Source: Octopus bimaculoides (taxonomy: Eukaryota). From it: 64,000 bases of DNA. The stretch's first letter is position 1. Every line of letters begins with the position of its first letter. Positions 24,186 to 38,754 of this stretch are shown here, piece by piece. The stretch spans positions 37,773,208 to 37,837,207 of the forward strand of contig NC_068981.1 of NCBI RefSeq assembly GCF_001194135.2. Direction: 5' to 3'. The position numbers and the translations under genes are program-made. Under the pieces are notes generated by a model. The model searched no databases, was not told where the DNA came from, and worked only from the letters and a program-made list of their open reading frames with translations.

Positions 24186-26864
24186 TTTTCTAACTCTAAT
24201 ATAGATAGATTTTGTCTGAGAGAATGATATTTATTTTATATATTTTATTTTCTTGCTATCAAGCTTACCTTGAAAAACAACACTTGATTGCTAATTGATG
24301 TTCAACTACTTGAAAATTTAACTTAACCATCATTACCTTTATATTTTATACCAACATTGAGATCAATTATCTGATTAAATTTCTACTTTCTGGCAGGGCT
24401 TGTTCTTATTACTCATTTCTATAAATCCCTAAAGAGCAAAAAGAAATAATCTTCATTGTTTTATAGGTCATAATTATTTCTACTTTTTATTTAGATATAC
24501 CTAGTTATAAATTTACAGTTGATAGCATACTGGACAATTAACAACTGGTTCACTGGCTTGCATCTAATGAGTTAAATCTCTAGAGCCCTGTCAACAAAGC
24601 TGTATCTAGGTTTCATGAAGAAGCACAACTTACTGCTATAAACATTCACATAATTATTGCTCATTTCCTTAGCTTGTGGTGTGAGGCTGAAATCATGAAT
24701 CAACTCAATACAATTCCAATTAGTTTATTGAATTACTATACTGAAGATTAAGTCTTCATTGATATTTCAATGCTTAATAACTTACAAAACTTTACTTGCT
24801 ATTCAAGTGTATATCTAAAATATATACATACATACCACTAAGCTCAGAATTGAATAGCAATTTAAATAAAGTCATATGCTTAGAAATCATTCAGACATCT
24901 GTCCTCTACAGTTGAGTTTAGTTCCCTGTGGATTCTAACTATTCATATGCAAAAATCACCAATATTTTTTAAATTAAGGAAGAAATTACCATTTATTATT
25001 TCTTAAGTTTTTTAAAAAAATATATTATAAGAGTGATTAAAAACACATTACTAATATATAAAAAGTAAAATGATGAAAATCAGATATGACTATCTAGTAA
25101 AGATCATAAATAATGCATTTGATCCGGAAATGCATTTGTGTACAAAACTGAAATGTCACTAGGCTTATAGTTAACAAATGGTCTCAAGGTTTGCCTATGA
25201 TTTATGAAACAGACTATGGTAGAGAATATGTTTTTAAATAGCTGCATTAATTTATGGTTCCTATTTAGAATGAATAATTGAAAAGATTCTTCGGCTTTTT
25301 ATGAATTATCAACAATAATTACCATAAATGTTTTTCCAAATAAAATGTAAAATCCATTTTTACAAAATGACATTTTCATCTACTTGGTTATTTATTAAAA
25401 CATCAGCCTTCTTAAGGTGTCTCTATATGAATATTTTAAATATGGAGTAATGTTTTAAATATGGAATATTTGAATGAATTCCATATGCTTGAATTTATAT
25501 GAGGTTTAACGATATTTTACCCTTCAAAATTTTTGCATCATAATCTGAAAACACAAATCTGCATTATTTCAAAACAAAGAAAGAAAAGTAAAGCAAAGAA
25601 AGCAACTTTTCTGACTACTTAATTGTATCTTTAACAATTAATCTTAGAATAAAAAAAAATAAGCATTTTCTTCATCCAGGAGAGGTAATACTCATACATA
25701 ACTTTGGCTCTATTTGTTTTCTCTATTCCAAGTATTCAAAGAACATTAGTTTCAGCAATCAGTTTAGCCTCTCCGTTCTTACAATGACAATAATAAAAGA
25801 GGGTTACATAAACATTCATGGGAGATTTAAAGGGTTCCATATTTGAGTTCAAATTCAAATATATTTAGCAACCATGATCATATAAGGTAAGCACCAGTAA
25901 CAATATAAGCCATATATAGTGTGATACACTTAAAGTTGAGTTTCCAGCATTTAACATATTACTTTTGTATATGTTTTTACTAAGGTTAAAAAGATGTTAC
26001 TTAATAGAAACAACATTATGTTTTGCAAGTCAGATTTCATTGACAGAACTTAATCTCATGCTTCAAATGATTTCCATCATATGCAGCAGGTTACTATGAA
26101 ATATCAGGTTGCTTTTATTGCACAAACTTTATAAAACAAAATCAATAAAACCAGAATGTACTCATTAATAAATATACTGTTCAAATATTTACCATAACCA
26201 AACTTTTTTGCTTTTATCTTAAAAACAGAAAATATTTACTATTTTGTCTTTCTAATGCCAACTTCCCACATACCAGTTTCACAATAAATTTGGCTTAGAT
26301 ATTATCACAGATATAAGTAACCTGAGCAGCAACTGACATTCATAAAATTATGACTATCCTTGCTGCTTTCAATATCATCATCATCACTATCATTAATGCT
26401 AATACTATAATTAATTATCACTAATAGTCACTAATATTATTAATCTTCTTGACCACATGAACTTCAGAATGAAAAGCAAATGCTTCTAAAATAAACCAAA
26501 CTTAATGTGAACTCGATATACTCAACAAGCTTAATTTCATGTGTCGTTGTCAACGACTACACTGGTTACTCAAAAACTAGCATAAATTCTCATTGACTTT
26601 TAACATGGACACAAGATTACAAAATATTGCTGGGAATCACTACAGTCATTAAATTGATACCCGATATTAGACTGGTCCTTTTCTCAAACCCCAGAAGGAT
26701 AAAAGGCAAAACTGAAACTAATAGATTTTGAACTGTGTTGGTATAAGACTGATAACTAAATTGTGTGAGGTTAGTTTGTCTGATGCTCTAGCGATTCTGC
26801 CAATTCACTGCCCTTAATTCGTATTTAATTTTAATGACTATAGTTCCGAGCTAACGTACCACAA

Positions 26865-26952
26865 CCACCACCACCACCACCATCACCACCACCACCACCA
26901 CCACCACCACCACCACTACTACCACCACTACTACTACTACTACTACTAATAC
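26865..26952. repeat. (ACC)n/(ACT)n microsatellite
   Basis: Directly visible. Confidence 0.95.
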
Positions 26953-27334
26953 TGCATAATTCTAAATTTTACTATACGTTTACTGCTACTAAGGGCACTG
27001 CCATGGTTGTGTGGTTTAAGAAGTTCTCCTTGCACTTGTTTGGTTTCTGTTTCAATCCTGTTCTATGACACCTTAGGAAAGTACATCTTCAGTTTCACCA
27101 CAACCTTGAGAATGCAATTTGATGGACAAAGCTGTGTGAAATTATTACTAAGTAACTGTTCTTGTTTTGGAATGATAAATTTAACCTGTCATTTTGTTTT
27201 AAAATCATCCTGGGTGATTTTAGGGAGTACACTCCGTTGTTAAGTTGCCACTCTGAGGTTAATATTTTCCCTTCTTCGAGTCAGTATGAGCAGTCTTGCA
27301 AAAGTCATGGGTACTAGCGTTCCTCTCCTCATTA

Positions 27335-27480
27335 ACCTGTGTGGTTCACAAGTTTGTTTCTCAACCATATGGTTTTGGGTTCAATACAGTTGCATGGCAC
27401 CTTGAGCAAATGTCTTTTATGACACTTTGGACAGACCAAAGCCTTGTGAGTGGTTTTGATGAGCAGAAACTGAAAAAACT
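27335..27480 (+). mobile_element. Degenerate SINE family A head and core
   Basis: TGTGTGGTT...GGGTTCAAT...GGCACCTTGAGCAAATGTC...GACCAAAGCCTTGTGAGTGG...GAAACTGAAA. Confidence 0.7.
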
Positions 27481-27482
27481 GT

Positions 27483-27533
<51 letters not shown>

Positions 27534-27682
27534 GTGTGTGTGTATGTACCTGTGTGTGTGCGTGTGTGCGTGTGTGTCCATGTATTTGTTTATATTTATG
27601 CTTCTCTAAAAATCACTGAGCAACAAGTAGTGATGTAGCCATTTTCCTTGACAGATCATGGACGATATTTGTGTCTTCAAAG

Positions 27683-27746
27683 ATATGTTGATTAAAACAT
27701 TCTTTACTTGACAATTGTCAAGTAAGGAATGTTTTAATCAACATAT
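27683..27746. repeat. 64-bp loopless palindrome (32-bp arms, one mismatch), with a third arm copy at 27814-27852
   Basis: ATATGTTGATTAAAACATTCTTTACTTGACAA|TTGTCAAGTAAGGAATGTTTTAATCAACATAT. Confidence 0.95.
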
Positions 27747-28384
27747 AGTAATATACCTAGTAAATATTACTATTAAGGCACTGCTTTTTTACAACCAGAT
27801 TCTTTCTAACCACCAATTGTCAAGTAAGGAATGTGTTAATCAACATATCTTTCATAATATTGTTCCTCTCTACTGACATTTTCTATTGATCACCCTACTG
27901 TGCAATCAGTTATTTCACCCTCTCTTTTGAACCACTTCCTCCTGATTCACCTCTATGTACCTCTGATTACCTCAGTTCATATCACCATGTATTTCACTCT
28001 ACCCTCACACTTTGAACCTGCCTGTCCACTGGCAACCTGTTATTCCCCTTTCTCTTTCTTTCCCCTAGCTATTGCTTTATTATCATTTTGATGCTCTTCA
28101 TGCTTTCTGTACTGCCACTCCTCTAGCTTCTCCCAGCTCATATTTATCATCAACCATTACTCTACTCTTATTCACCATTCACTTCATTCACACTTCACCC
28201 TACTTTTATTCTAGCCATCCCTCACTTTCCATATACACTCTTGCAACTGCTACCCATTCATCCTTACAAGTCTGTCCCCTTCTTTCATATTCTAACCTCT
28301 AAATACTTAACATAAAGCAAACTGTCTCTCATATTCACCCACTCAGTTGAAAGGGATATTAGACTTGTAAGTAACATGGAGACC

Positions 28385-28585
28385 TCACTTGTGCTGGTGC
28401 ATGGAAAAAAGCATCTGGTTCACTTTGAAAAGTGGTTGGTGCTAGGAAGTGTATCCCACTGTAGAAACTATGACCAAATAGGCATTGGAGTTGACACAAT
28501 TCTCTCTCTCATTAGACCCTGTCAAACTGTCCTACACATGCCTGCATGAAAAATGGACATTAAATGACTATGATAATGATAATGA
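28385..28585 (+). mobile_element. Degenerate family D retroposon 3' end
   Basis: GTGCTGGTGC...AAGTGGTTGGTGCTAGGAAG...CTGTCAAACTGTCC...GGACATTAAATGA(T..). Confidence 0.6.
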
Positions 28586-29185
28586 CCAAAACGAAAAATA
28601 GGTAACACTGGCAAAGAATCTCAAATATGTCAGTTTTATTACAATGGGAGCTTAACCAAGCTTCTGAAGATTACACCATTAGGTTATGTTAATTCATACC
28701 CCCCCCCCCATACACACACACATACACACACTAATACATACACAAATACAGCTTTGCAAGTTGTATTTCTCTGCTTATATTTTTTTTGTTCAGCCTTATG
28801 TCTTTACTTCCAAGAAATGTAATACAAGGGGAGGAATTAGAAAATAATTTACTGCCAAAACAAATATATGATGAGGAAACTATCTATTCCAATAAAACTC
28901 CAAATGGAATTTGACAGTTTAATACCCAGTAAATCCGTTTGCTGAAAGTTCTTGCACTGAAATTACTTACTGGAAGATTGTTACGTAATAACTTGGAAAA
29001 AAAAAAACGTGTTATATAAATTGCTGCTGTTTTTCAATGAGGTTAAATAAAATAAATTTGTACACGATGATTTATATCATTGCTATCGCTTTTTCTTTCT
29101 CTTGCTATCTTTCTCAAACATATGTATGCACATTTGCATAGGCTTAAATATATGTATATATAAATATATGCACACACACACATAG

Positions 29186-29242
<57 letters not shown>

Positions 29243-30483
29243 TATATATATATATGTATATATATAAATATATGGATATATATATACATACATATATGTA
29301 TGCATGTATATATGTACATATGCATATATGCATTTATATGGATATATGTATATAAGTATGTATGCAGGTATAATATACGTATGTGTATGTATATAGATGG
29401 ATATGTGTATGAGTGTGTGTACAGAGAGCATGTGAGATACATACATAATTTGAGAAAGAATGATATGGACACATCCATACATGCACACACACACACACAT
29501 GCACACACTCACATGTATACACACCTATTCTTTTGTATACAAACTGTAAGTAAAAGAAATAAATTGTAGAAAATACTTGTAAATTCCCATTAAATATGTA
29601 ACATAAATATAATACTTATCAGTTATTTTCTGAATAGCATAAACTTTGCAATCAACCAATGTATGCACAGAGAAGAAATAAAATTTTATTACATTCCCAT
29701 AGTTACCTATAATTTTTTGCTGTTGCTTTATTTAATCTTTTCTGTTTAGTATCCATTTAAATTCAATGATGCACATTCAGAAATCATTTATCAGGATTTC
29801 ATTTTTTTCCTCCAAAATGATATATTCCTACTCTTTACTTACATTTCTAATGTCTTTAGAAAAAGCATGAAAGCCATAATTTCTTATATCTGCTCTGCTA
29901 AACAACTTAGGTTTCATAATCATAATCATAGTCATCACTGTCGTCATCGTCGTTTTCATCATCATAATCCTTGTCATCATCATCATATCATATTCACTTA
30001 TACAAGAAGCTTGTATGGGTTGGATGGGTTTTCTAAGGTAGAATTTTTATGACTTGATGCTCTTTCTGTTGCTAACACTTTTAGTAATTTTCATTAGAAT
30101 GTGGAGGGATATGGCATACCTGTTCTAAAACAAGGGTACCTACAGTAAGTAAAGGCAAATTAATAAATAAATAAATTTAAAAGTGATGCAGCACAGAATT
30201 TTGCTAGTGAACAGGTCGCGGTCTCAAAGCGACGAAAATATTTTGACAAATTAAATTTAAATGTTGAAATGAATCTAACGGTTTTTGTGTGTTATTTTAA
30301 ATGACTTATAAACACCTTCCACGCTGAAATTTAAAAGTCATTTTAATAAATGCATCAAAGTTCTTGGACATTGTCAATGTAACAGTTACGCAGGACTACT
30401 TGATTCATTAAGTATAAGGAGAAAGAGGTTAATAAGTTGTTCTATCTTGTGCTTTATAGCACTGAAGAGGAAAGACAGTAGCA

Positions 30484-30570
30484 AGAGTAGCTGTGCTTCC
30501 CAACCACATGGTTCCAGGTTCAGACCCACTGCATGGCATCTTGAGCAAATGTCTTCTGCTATAGCCTCAG
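30484..30570 (+). mobile_element. SINE family A head fragment
   Basis: CTTCCCAACCACATGGTTCCAGGTTCAGACCCACTGCATGGCATCTTGAGCAAATGTCTTCTGCTATAGCC. Confidence 0.7.
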
Positions 30571-31544
30571 ATCCCGCTCAGATGGTGCTGTTAGCGCTCC
30601 ACTGGCACGGGTACCAGTCATCAAATTTGGTTCAGTTACAATTTCACTTGCCCCAACAGGTCTTCGCAAGCAGAGCTTAGTGTCCCATGATGGAAGGTTA
30701 GCATGGGTGCCAGTCATCAAAAGCAAAAATAAGTTTTCTGTTTAGTCCTGGAGAATTAAAAGCTATTATATACCAGAGTATCTATTTTTGATCTTTTATC
30801 TTTTGCTCATTTCAATCATTGCCAAGGCATTGCTTTGAAGGCTTTTAGTTAAACAGATCGAACTGTACCATTTCCTTGACTACCCTTCTCAATAAGTCTT
30901 CTATCAATCAGTTCAATGCATATCAAGGCAAACACCCTGAATGTGTTACCTGTTTATAGGTTTGGTTTAAATGTGATCCTAAATAGCCAACTGTTGTAGT
31001 AAATGTCAAAATATCTGAAATGAAACTGCTCCCTAAATGAGAAATATGTATGTAATCAGCAAGCAGTGGAACATTAGTAAATTGAAAATAGAGAGAGGTA
31101 CAATATATGTCACCTTCCCTTTCGATTAGATTGCCAACATATGTCAGATTTCACTATCTGACAATCCCCAATGGACCTTAAAAATTATTATTTGGATTAT
31201 ACAATGCTCAATTTGTTATGGAATTCATTAATTTTGCAGGAGTTCTGATTACAATATAAGAAATTCACAGAGTATAATCTGAAGCTGCATTCCCAAGAAG
31301 CATTCACACATTTGTATGAGTGTTTAACTAGCAAGAAATTTATCATATATGAGCACATATATCAACCAATGCAATCCCAGATGCAAAGTATTGAGTTTGT
31401 GTAGCCAATTTAGCACTCACACAGTGTTTACAGCAAGGTATCAAATATGTTATTCCGAAGCCGTGGTAATAATCATTCTCATTATTATTATACACTCCAT
31501 TATCATTATTGCCAGTATGAGTGCCAGTAGTTTTACCAACACTA

Positions 31545-31808
31545 TCGTCATTGTTGTCGTTGTCACCACCACCACTACCACCACCACCAATACCACCACC
31601 ACCAATACCACCACCAATACCACCACCACCAATACCACCACCAAAACCACCACCACCACCACCAATACCACCACCAATACCACCACCAATACCACCACCA
31701 ATATCACCACCAATACCACCAATACCACCACCACCACCACCACCACCATGATCATCATCATCATCATCATTGTCACCATCGTCATCATCGTCATCATCGT
31801 CATCATCG

Positions 31809-31851
<43 letters not shown>

Positions 31852-31872
31852 TGTCATCATTGCCTTCATCAT
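31545..31872. repeat. Composite (ACC/AAT)n then (ATC/GTC)n trinucleotide tract
   Basis: Directly visible. It produces the poly-T/P/S/I ORFs. Confidence 0.95.
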
Positions 31873-32379
31873 CATATCAAAATCTACTTTGCCCCCATCA
31901 TCCTCATTCTTGCCATTATCCCTCTCAATGCCATTATGTGCACCATAACCATCGTCGCAATCACTGTTATTATCATTATCTTCATCATACTTATTACCAT
32001 TACCAACAACACTCATCACATCATCCACCCATGCAATTCAGCCTCCACTTCTACCTTTCCAAACTTCAAATGCTTCGTCACATTGCAACAGAAGGTTACG
32101 AAGTTTATGTACAACTTACATTGAACCAATCTCTCTAATAACATTAGTTTTCATTGTAGATATATTAAGTTAAGAGCTACAAAGTAATCATTGTTTGTGG
32201 ACTTAGATACTTAAGGGAGTGTGTGTGCAAGTGTGTGCACCATGTTTGCATGTATATATGTATGTATATNNNNNNNNNNNNNNNNNNNNNNNNNNNNNNN
32301 NNNNNNNNNNNNNNNNNNNNNNNNNNNNNNNNNNNNNNNNNNNNNNNNNNNNNNNNNNNNNNNNNNNNNTATATATATG

Positions 32380-32419
<40 letters not shown>

Positions 32420-32731
32420 TGTGTATGTGTGTGTGGTAGAAGTTATAAACTATTGGTTGGCTGGCTGGCTGGTTGGTTGATTTCTCCACTCCAGCTTTAC
32501 ACCATATAGAGAGAATAGGAAAGAAAGAGAAAGAGAGAGAGAAAGAGACAGAGAGAGAGAGAGAGTAGAAGAGAGATATAGAATGAGTTAACAAAATTTA
32601 AAATTGATATAGAAATGCTGAAATTGACAAGTGGTTGTGGGGATGGTAGAGATATTAAACGTTAAGTAGCCAATGGATACCAAGCATATTCAGTCTTTCT
32701 GTCTGTCTGTCTGTCTGTCTACCTGCCTGCC

Positions 32732-32809
<78 letters not shown>

Positions 32810-32977
32810 ACTCTCTCTCTCTCCCTCTCTCCCTCTCTCACACTCTCTCTCTCTCACACACACACATGCACATGCACACAAATATGTCTCATACACACAT
32901 AACTACAGTTTAAGTAAAAGAACAAAATTGACAAATACTTGGCAGAGGAGGTTAAGAAGTAGTAACTTGACATGACA

Positions 32978-33030
<53 letters not shown>

Positions 33031-33081
33031 CCTATCTATCTATCTATCTATCTATACATCTATCTATATGTCTGTCTACTG

Positions 33082-33239
33082 GTATGACTGTGTGGTAAGT
33101 GTGCTTCCCAGCCACATGGTTTCATGTTCAATTCCACTGTGGCCCCCTTGAGCAAGTATCTTCTACTATTGCCTCAGGCCAACCAAATCTTTGCGAGTCA
33201 ATTTGGTAGGCAGAAACAAACCTATAGTGTATTTATCAC

Positions 33240-33281
<42 letters not shown>

Positions 33282-33640
33282 TATAGTCGTTGTCGTCGTC
33301 GTCATCTTCATCGTCATCATCATTATCAACACCAATGTTGGCATGAGTTACCAATATTTTCCATGTTGGCATCGATTGGACAGCATGACAGGAGCTGGTA
33401 AGGCCAGAGCCTGCACCATGTGTGTCTTTGTGTTTGTGTTTGTTCCTCATTAACATTGAAAACTGGGGTTGGTGTCTTTACCTTCCTGTAACATAGCAGT
33501 TCAGCAAAAGTGACTGATAAAATAAGTACCAGGCCTACGAGGGAAATAAGTAATAAAGTTGACTTGTTTAACTAAAATATTTCAAGGTGGTATTACACCA
33601 TGACCACAATCTAATGATTGGAACATGTTAAAAAGATATA
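33082..33640 (+). mobile_element. Degenerate SINE family A copy interrupted by an antisense family D insert (about 33238-33420)
   Basis: Head and core at 33082-33225, then (ATC)n plus reverse-complement family D sequence, then the family A body resumes at about 33420. Confidence 0.6.
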
Positions 33641-33661
33641 TATATATGTTACATATATATA

Positions 33662-34060
33662 GGTGCAGGAGTAGCTTTGTGGTAAGTAGCTTGCTTACCA
33701 ACCACATAGTTCTGGGTTCATCCCACTGCATAGCATCTTGGGCAAGTGTCTTCTACTATAGCCTTGGGCCGACCAAAGCCTTGTGAGTGGATATGGTAGA
33801 CAGAAACTGAAAGAAGCCTGTCATATATATGTATATATATATGTGTGTGTATGTGTGTTTGTGTGTCTGTGTTTGTCCCCACAACATCGCTTGACAACTG
33901 ATGCTGGTGTATTTATGTCCCCGTCACTTAGCAGTTTGGCAAAAGAAAACCGATAGAATAAGTACCAGGCTTACAAAGAATAAGTCCAGGGGTCAATTTG
34001 CTCGACTAAAAGCGGTGCTCCAGCATGGCTGCAGTCAAATGACTGAAACAAGTAAAAGAG
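33662..34060 (+). mobile_element. Full-length tRNA-derived SINE, family A
   Basis: A-box-like TAGCTTTGTGG, B-box-like GGGTTCATCCC, core TTGGGCAAGTGTCTTCTACTATAGCC, internal (TA)n(TG)n, and 3' GACTGAAACAAGTAAAAGAG. Confidence 0.88.
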
Positions 34061-34666
34061 AAAATATATGTATATAAAAATATAAATATATACATACATA
34101 TACACACCTATATACATACATGTATAAAAATATATACATATAAGTATTATGTATGTATATGTGTATATGTGTGTATATATATATATATACATATATATGT
34201 ATATATATATATATATATTGTATATATATATGTGTGTGTGTACATAAGTATCTATCTATATGTATATATATATATATAAATAAAAAAAAAATTAAAAAAA
34301 AAAATATATATATATTATATCATCATCATCATTCACACAAAGACACACACACACAGACACACACACACACACACACACATATATATTTATATGCATACAT
34401 ATAATGGATAGATGTATATATGAGTGTGTATTTAAACATCAGTGAGGAAACCATAGCGTAGTATCTTGGGTTCACTGATATTTGATGTTGTGACACTGAA
34501 GTGAAAGTCAGTAGTTGGAAACTCCTTTTGAAGCAGTGCAGTATTATCTTGATTAAATTCACTGTAGCCAATGTAATCTCTTACTTGTGCTGTGATAACA
34601 CACACACACACACACATATGCCTCTGTATATATATGTCTGAATGTATATGTATGTATATATATAGT

Positions 34667-34719
<53 letters not shown>

Positions 34720-37700
34720 GCATGCGTATATCTATACAAGTACACACACATATACATATATGTATTAATACATTCAAGCAAGCTTAGAAATGTCTTATGG
34801 CTACTGGGAGGTCAGTGGTGAAAGTCATTCATATTATTGTGGTTATAGCCAGCTTCAACTGATGGTGAGATAAACGCAAAAGTAGATGTGTTTTAAGCAA
34901 ATTAGAACTGTTGACTATCTGGAAATATTAGCTAACAGAAATGCTGACTTTTACATTGCATTGTTGAAATTATATTCTGTGTAGTTTTGTAAAGCTGTTG
35001 ATGTTGATCATACAGATTGTGATTTACCAGATGCTGTTGATCTATTCTAGCCTGACACTGTTGAGTTTTGCAATATTACTAATGGCTAAGTAGAGAGCTC
35101 CTTCGAAATCTCCCTGGCAATTGTAAATGTGTGGATGTCAAAAATATTGATTCCTGCAACTTTGGTTCAAAGCCAACTTTTTGTAAGTGAGGTTTACAAC
35201 TGATTGAATTGATCCTAGTATATTATTGTTCTTATTTTATTGATTTGAAAGAAATGAAAAAAAAAGAAAAAAAAAGAAAAACAAAAGGGAAAAAACTTAA
35301 AGTCAGCAGGATTTGAACTCAAATTCATGAGGTGCTTGTATAGTAAATATTGATTTATGCCTTGGGTGTAAAATCAGTATCTGAAATAGAAGGGGTACAA
35401 TCAATTGTATCAACAGAGTATATCATTACAGGCTTATTGACACTATAGAGACAGAAAAGAAAAAACAAAAAGTAAAGCTAAAACAAATGGAATTTGAGTT
35501 AAAATAATTCTCCTAAATAAATATTGTAAAGTATTCAGTCAGTTGCTCAACAGCTTCAGTTCGGTCAGATACCAAGGGTTTATAGAAGTGGAAATGTAAA
35601 CCTGTGAATATTGTACAATTTCTAATGACATTGGAGGACTAAATAAAGCAGTTGTGAGGACTGACAATACCATTCTGCAGTATTCACTAGAAAAATAATG
35701 TGAGTCAATGAAAATGTTTCTACATTGTTGCTCAGTCTACTGAAAATACAAGCCAAATCTCGCACAAATTGCCACCTGCTGTTGTAAACAAACAAAAGAC
35801 ACCCTGGACTGGATGGTCAGAACTGAATCAGGGTTTACCTAACTTTAAACAATAACAATAACAATGACAATAAAATGATAACAATTGTAATGATGAGCCA
35901 ATGTGAATTCCTCTGTGTTTTAACTTGACCATCTAAAAATAACAACCAACTTTTCTCTAAATTACACACTACTGTCTGGAAAATTAGAAACATTGCATCA
36001 TGTGTTTCTAGATATGTAGTACTCCCACTGGCAAAGAAAAAAAGTTAGAATGCTTTTGAATATTGCTGTGGAACAACCACAGCAACAATTACGATGTTAA
36101 TATCTTGTCCTCTGATAAAACACATTAAGTCTAAAAAACAAGAAACAGATAATTGCAAAGAAGTGAAAACGAATATCCTCATTTTCTCAACTTACTATGT
36201 GTCATAGGTTTCCATATAATGGAAAGCTGAAAAGTTTCCTAGATCATATCTCTCATATCTCCAAGGATTTCATATATCATTCTCCGACAAAACACAGCAG
36301 GATGACTTACTATGTTTTGTCGAAGGAGTGCAGGATTGTCATCAGCACTATCATTTTTATTATCCATTCATGAGGATCTGCATCAAGTAACAAATATATT
36401 TTCATGTTTTAATAACAAGAAATGATTAACAGAACAACCTTACATTCTCACTTTTTTGTTCTTTCTTCGCCTATGAAGATTATATCCTTGTTATTATGTA
36501 AAAGAGTCAAAAGTCCAAAACATTGCTTTATCAGAAAAAAAAAAAAGAAGATTCACTATTCCATAGCAAAACCATTTTACTACACTTTGACAACTTTTGA
36601 TATCTTGGCATCTGAAGCAGTTGGAGATGCGATAGTTTGACGGAAAAAAACGGTTATTGCAAGCAAAAATAAATATTGGAAAAAATGCATTTGGCCAGAT
36701 TTGGACATACGACAGTTTAACATAATAGCAACGATATATACATACATACGTACATACATACATGCACACACACACATCACGTGCACACACACACACACAT
36801 ACATTTATATACATATATATANNNNNNNNNNNNNNNNNNNNNNNNNNNNNNNNNNNNNNNNNNNNNNNNNNNNNNNNNNNNNNNNNNNNNNNNNNNNNNN
36901 NNNNNNNNNNNNNNNNNNNNNNNNNNNNNNNNNNNNNNNNNNNNNNNNNNNNNNNNNNNNNNNNNNNNNNNNNNNNNNNNNNNNNNNNNNNNNNNNNNNN
37001 NNNNNNNNNNNNNNNNNNNNNNNNNNNNNNNNNNNNNNNNNNNNNNNNNNNNNNNNNNNNNNNNNNNNNNNNNNNNNNNNNNNNNNNNNNNNNNNNNNNN
37101 NNNNNNNNNNNNNNNNNNNNNNNNNNNNNNNNNNNNNNNNNNNNNNNNNNNNNNNNNNNNNNNNNNNNNNNNNNNNNNNNNNNNNNNNNNNNNNNNNNNN
37201 NNNNNNNNNNNNNNNNNNNNNNNNNNNNNNNNNNNNNNNNNNNNNNNNNNNNNNNNNNNNNNNNNNNNNNNNNNNNNNNNNNNNNNNNNNNNNNNNNNNN
37301 NNNNNNNNNNNNNNNNNNNNNNNNNNNNNNNNNNNNNNNNNNNNNNNNNNNNNNNNNNNNNNNNNNNNNNNNNNNNNNNNNNNNNNNNNNNNNNNNNNNN
37401 NNNNNNNNNNNNNNNNTTTGTGTAACAACACTTGATTTGACAAAAAAATCTTGGTTTTAGTTTGTTGGCCTGCAATTCACTGTAGCCCACAAAGGTGACT
37501 GTAGACTTCTCCAGGTATGGACTCTTTTGTGTCCCCACCAAAAATGGTTAGCATGTATATGTGTGTGTGTGTGTATGCTTGTGTATGTGTATATGTGTGT
37601 ATAAGCTCCCTTTGCGTGAGTATACATAGCTATGATTGTCTATTTGTTGATGAGTGTATGTATGTGCATGTATGGGTTTATATTGTGAATGTATGCTTAA

Positions 37701-37777
37701 TGGCTTGTCTCTACATGTATGAATACATATGTCTGTATATGTATGTGTGTATGCATACGTATGTTTATGTGGATATA

Positions 37778-38130
37778 TCTACTTCTATAATAATAAATGC
37801 TAAAACGAATTTCTGTGTCTCAGTGTGTCACACTTTGACCCCCTCTCTCACTATTCAATGACAATTCCACTATTCCTCATGGTGGGGTGACAGTGATAGT
37901 AGGTATACTGACGGTAGTAGATTGACGGGTGTGATGGTAATGGGGTGACAGTAATAGTATGAGCTGTAGCTGTGATAGAGGCAGAGGCGATGGTGATGAT
38001 AGTGGTGGTGATCAATCAGGGATGACAGAGATAGTAAGTGATGTGAAAGACATTGGTGATGGTGATGGAATAAGGGATGTGAAAGACAGTGGTGATGGTG
38101 ATGGAAGGGAAAGTGGCAAAGTCAAAGGTA
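37778..38130 (+). mobile_element. Helitron-like 5' fragment, copy 2
   Basis: TCTACTTCTATAATAATAAATGCTAAAACGAATT... aligns with 16204-16530 and includes an internal ~30-bp duplication (GGGATGTGAAAGACA.TGGTGATGGTGATGGAA). Confidence 0.55.
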
Positions 38131-38308
38131 TTGATATCCTCTGTCTCCAACTCATTTCCTCTCTAATTATCTGTCACTGCATTTAACTACACATCTACGT
38201 TTTCTACTCCTCTGTCCTATTGTATCACATATTCATGTTGTACCTAACCTTACATATCTCTCTCTCTCATTCTCACTCTCCCTATCTCTCTCTCTTTGNN
38301 NNNNNNNN

Positions 38309-38355
<47 letters not shown>

Positions 38356-38477
38356 CCTCAATTTCCAGATGGGCAAACCATGTAGTCACTTCTTCAGTAA
38401 GACATCTGCTCCTCTCCCTCTCCCATAGTTGCTTGTTCCTCCAGTCTATGCCCTACTCCGTAGGTACTTGATGGTAC

Positions 38478-38714
38478 CTTGTAGGTAATTGATGACCTCA
38501 CCAGTGATGGTGCCACATAAAAACACCCAGTACACTGTGGTTGGTGTTAGAAAGGGCATCCAATTGCAGAAACCATGTCAAAACAGAGACAGAATCTATT
38601 AGAATCTGATGGAAACTTCTGGATTGTCAGTTCTAATCAACAAGTCCAACTGAGGTGAGCATGGAAAGAAAAGATGCTAAATGATGACGTTGATGATGAT
38701 AATGATGACGGTGA

Positions 38715-38754
<40 letters not shown>

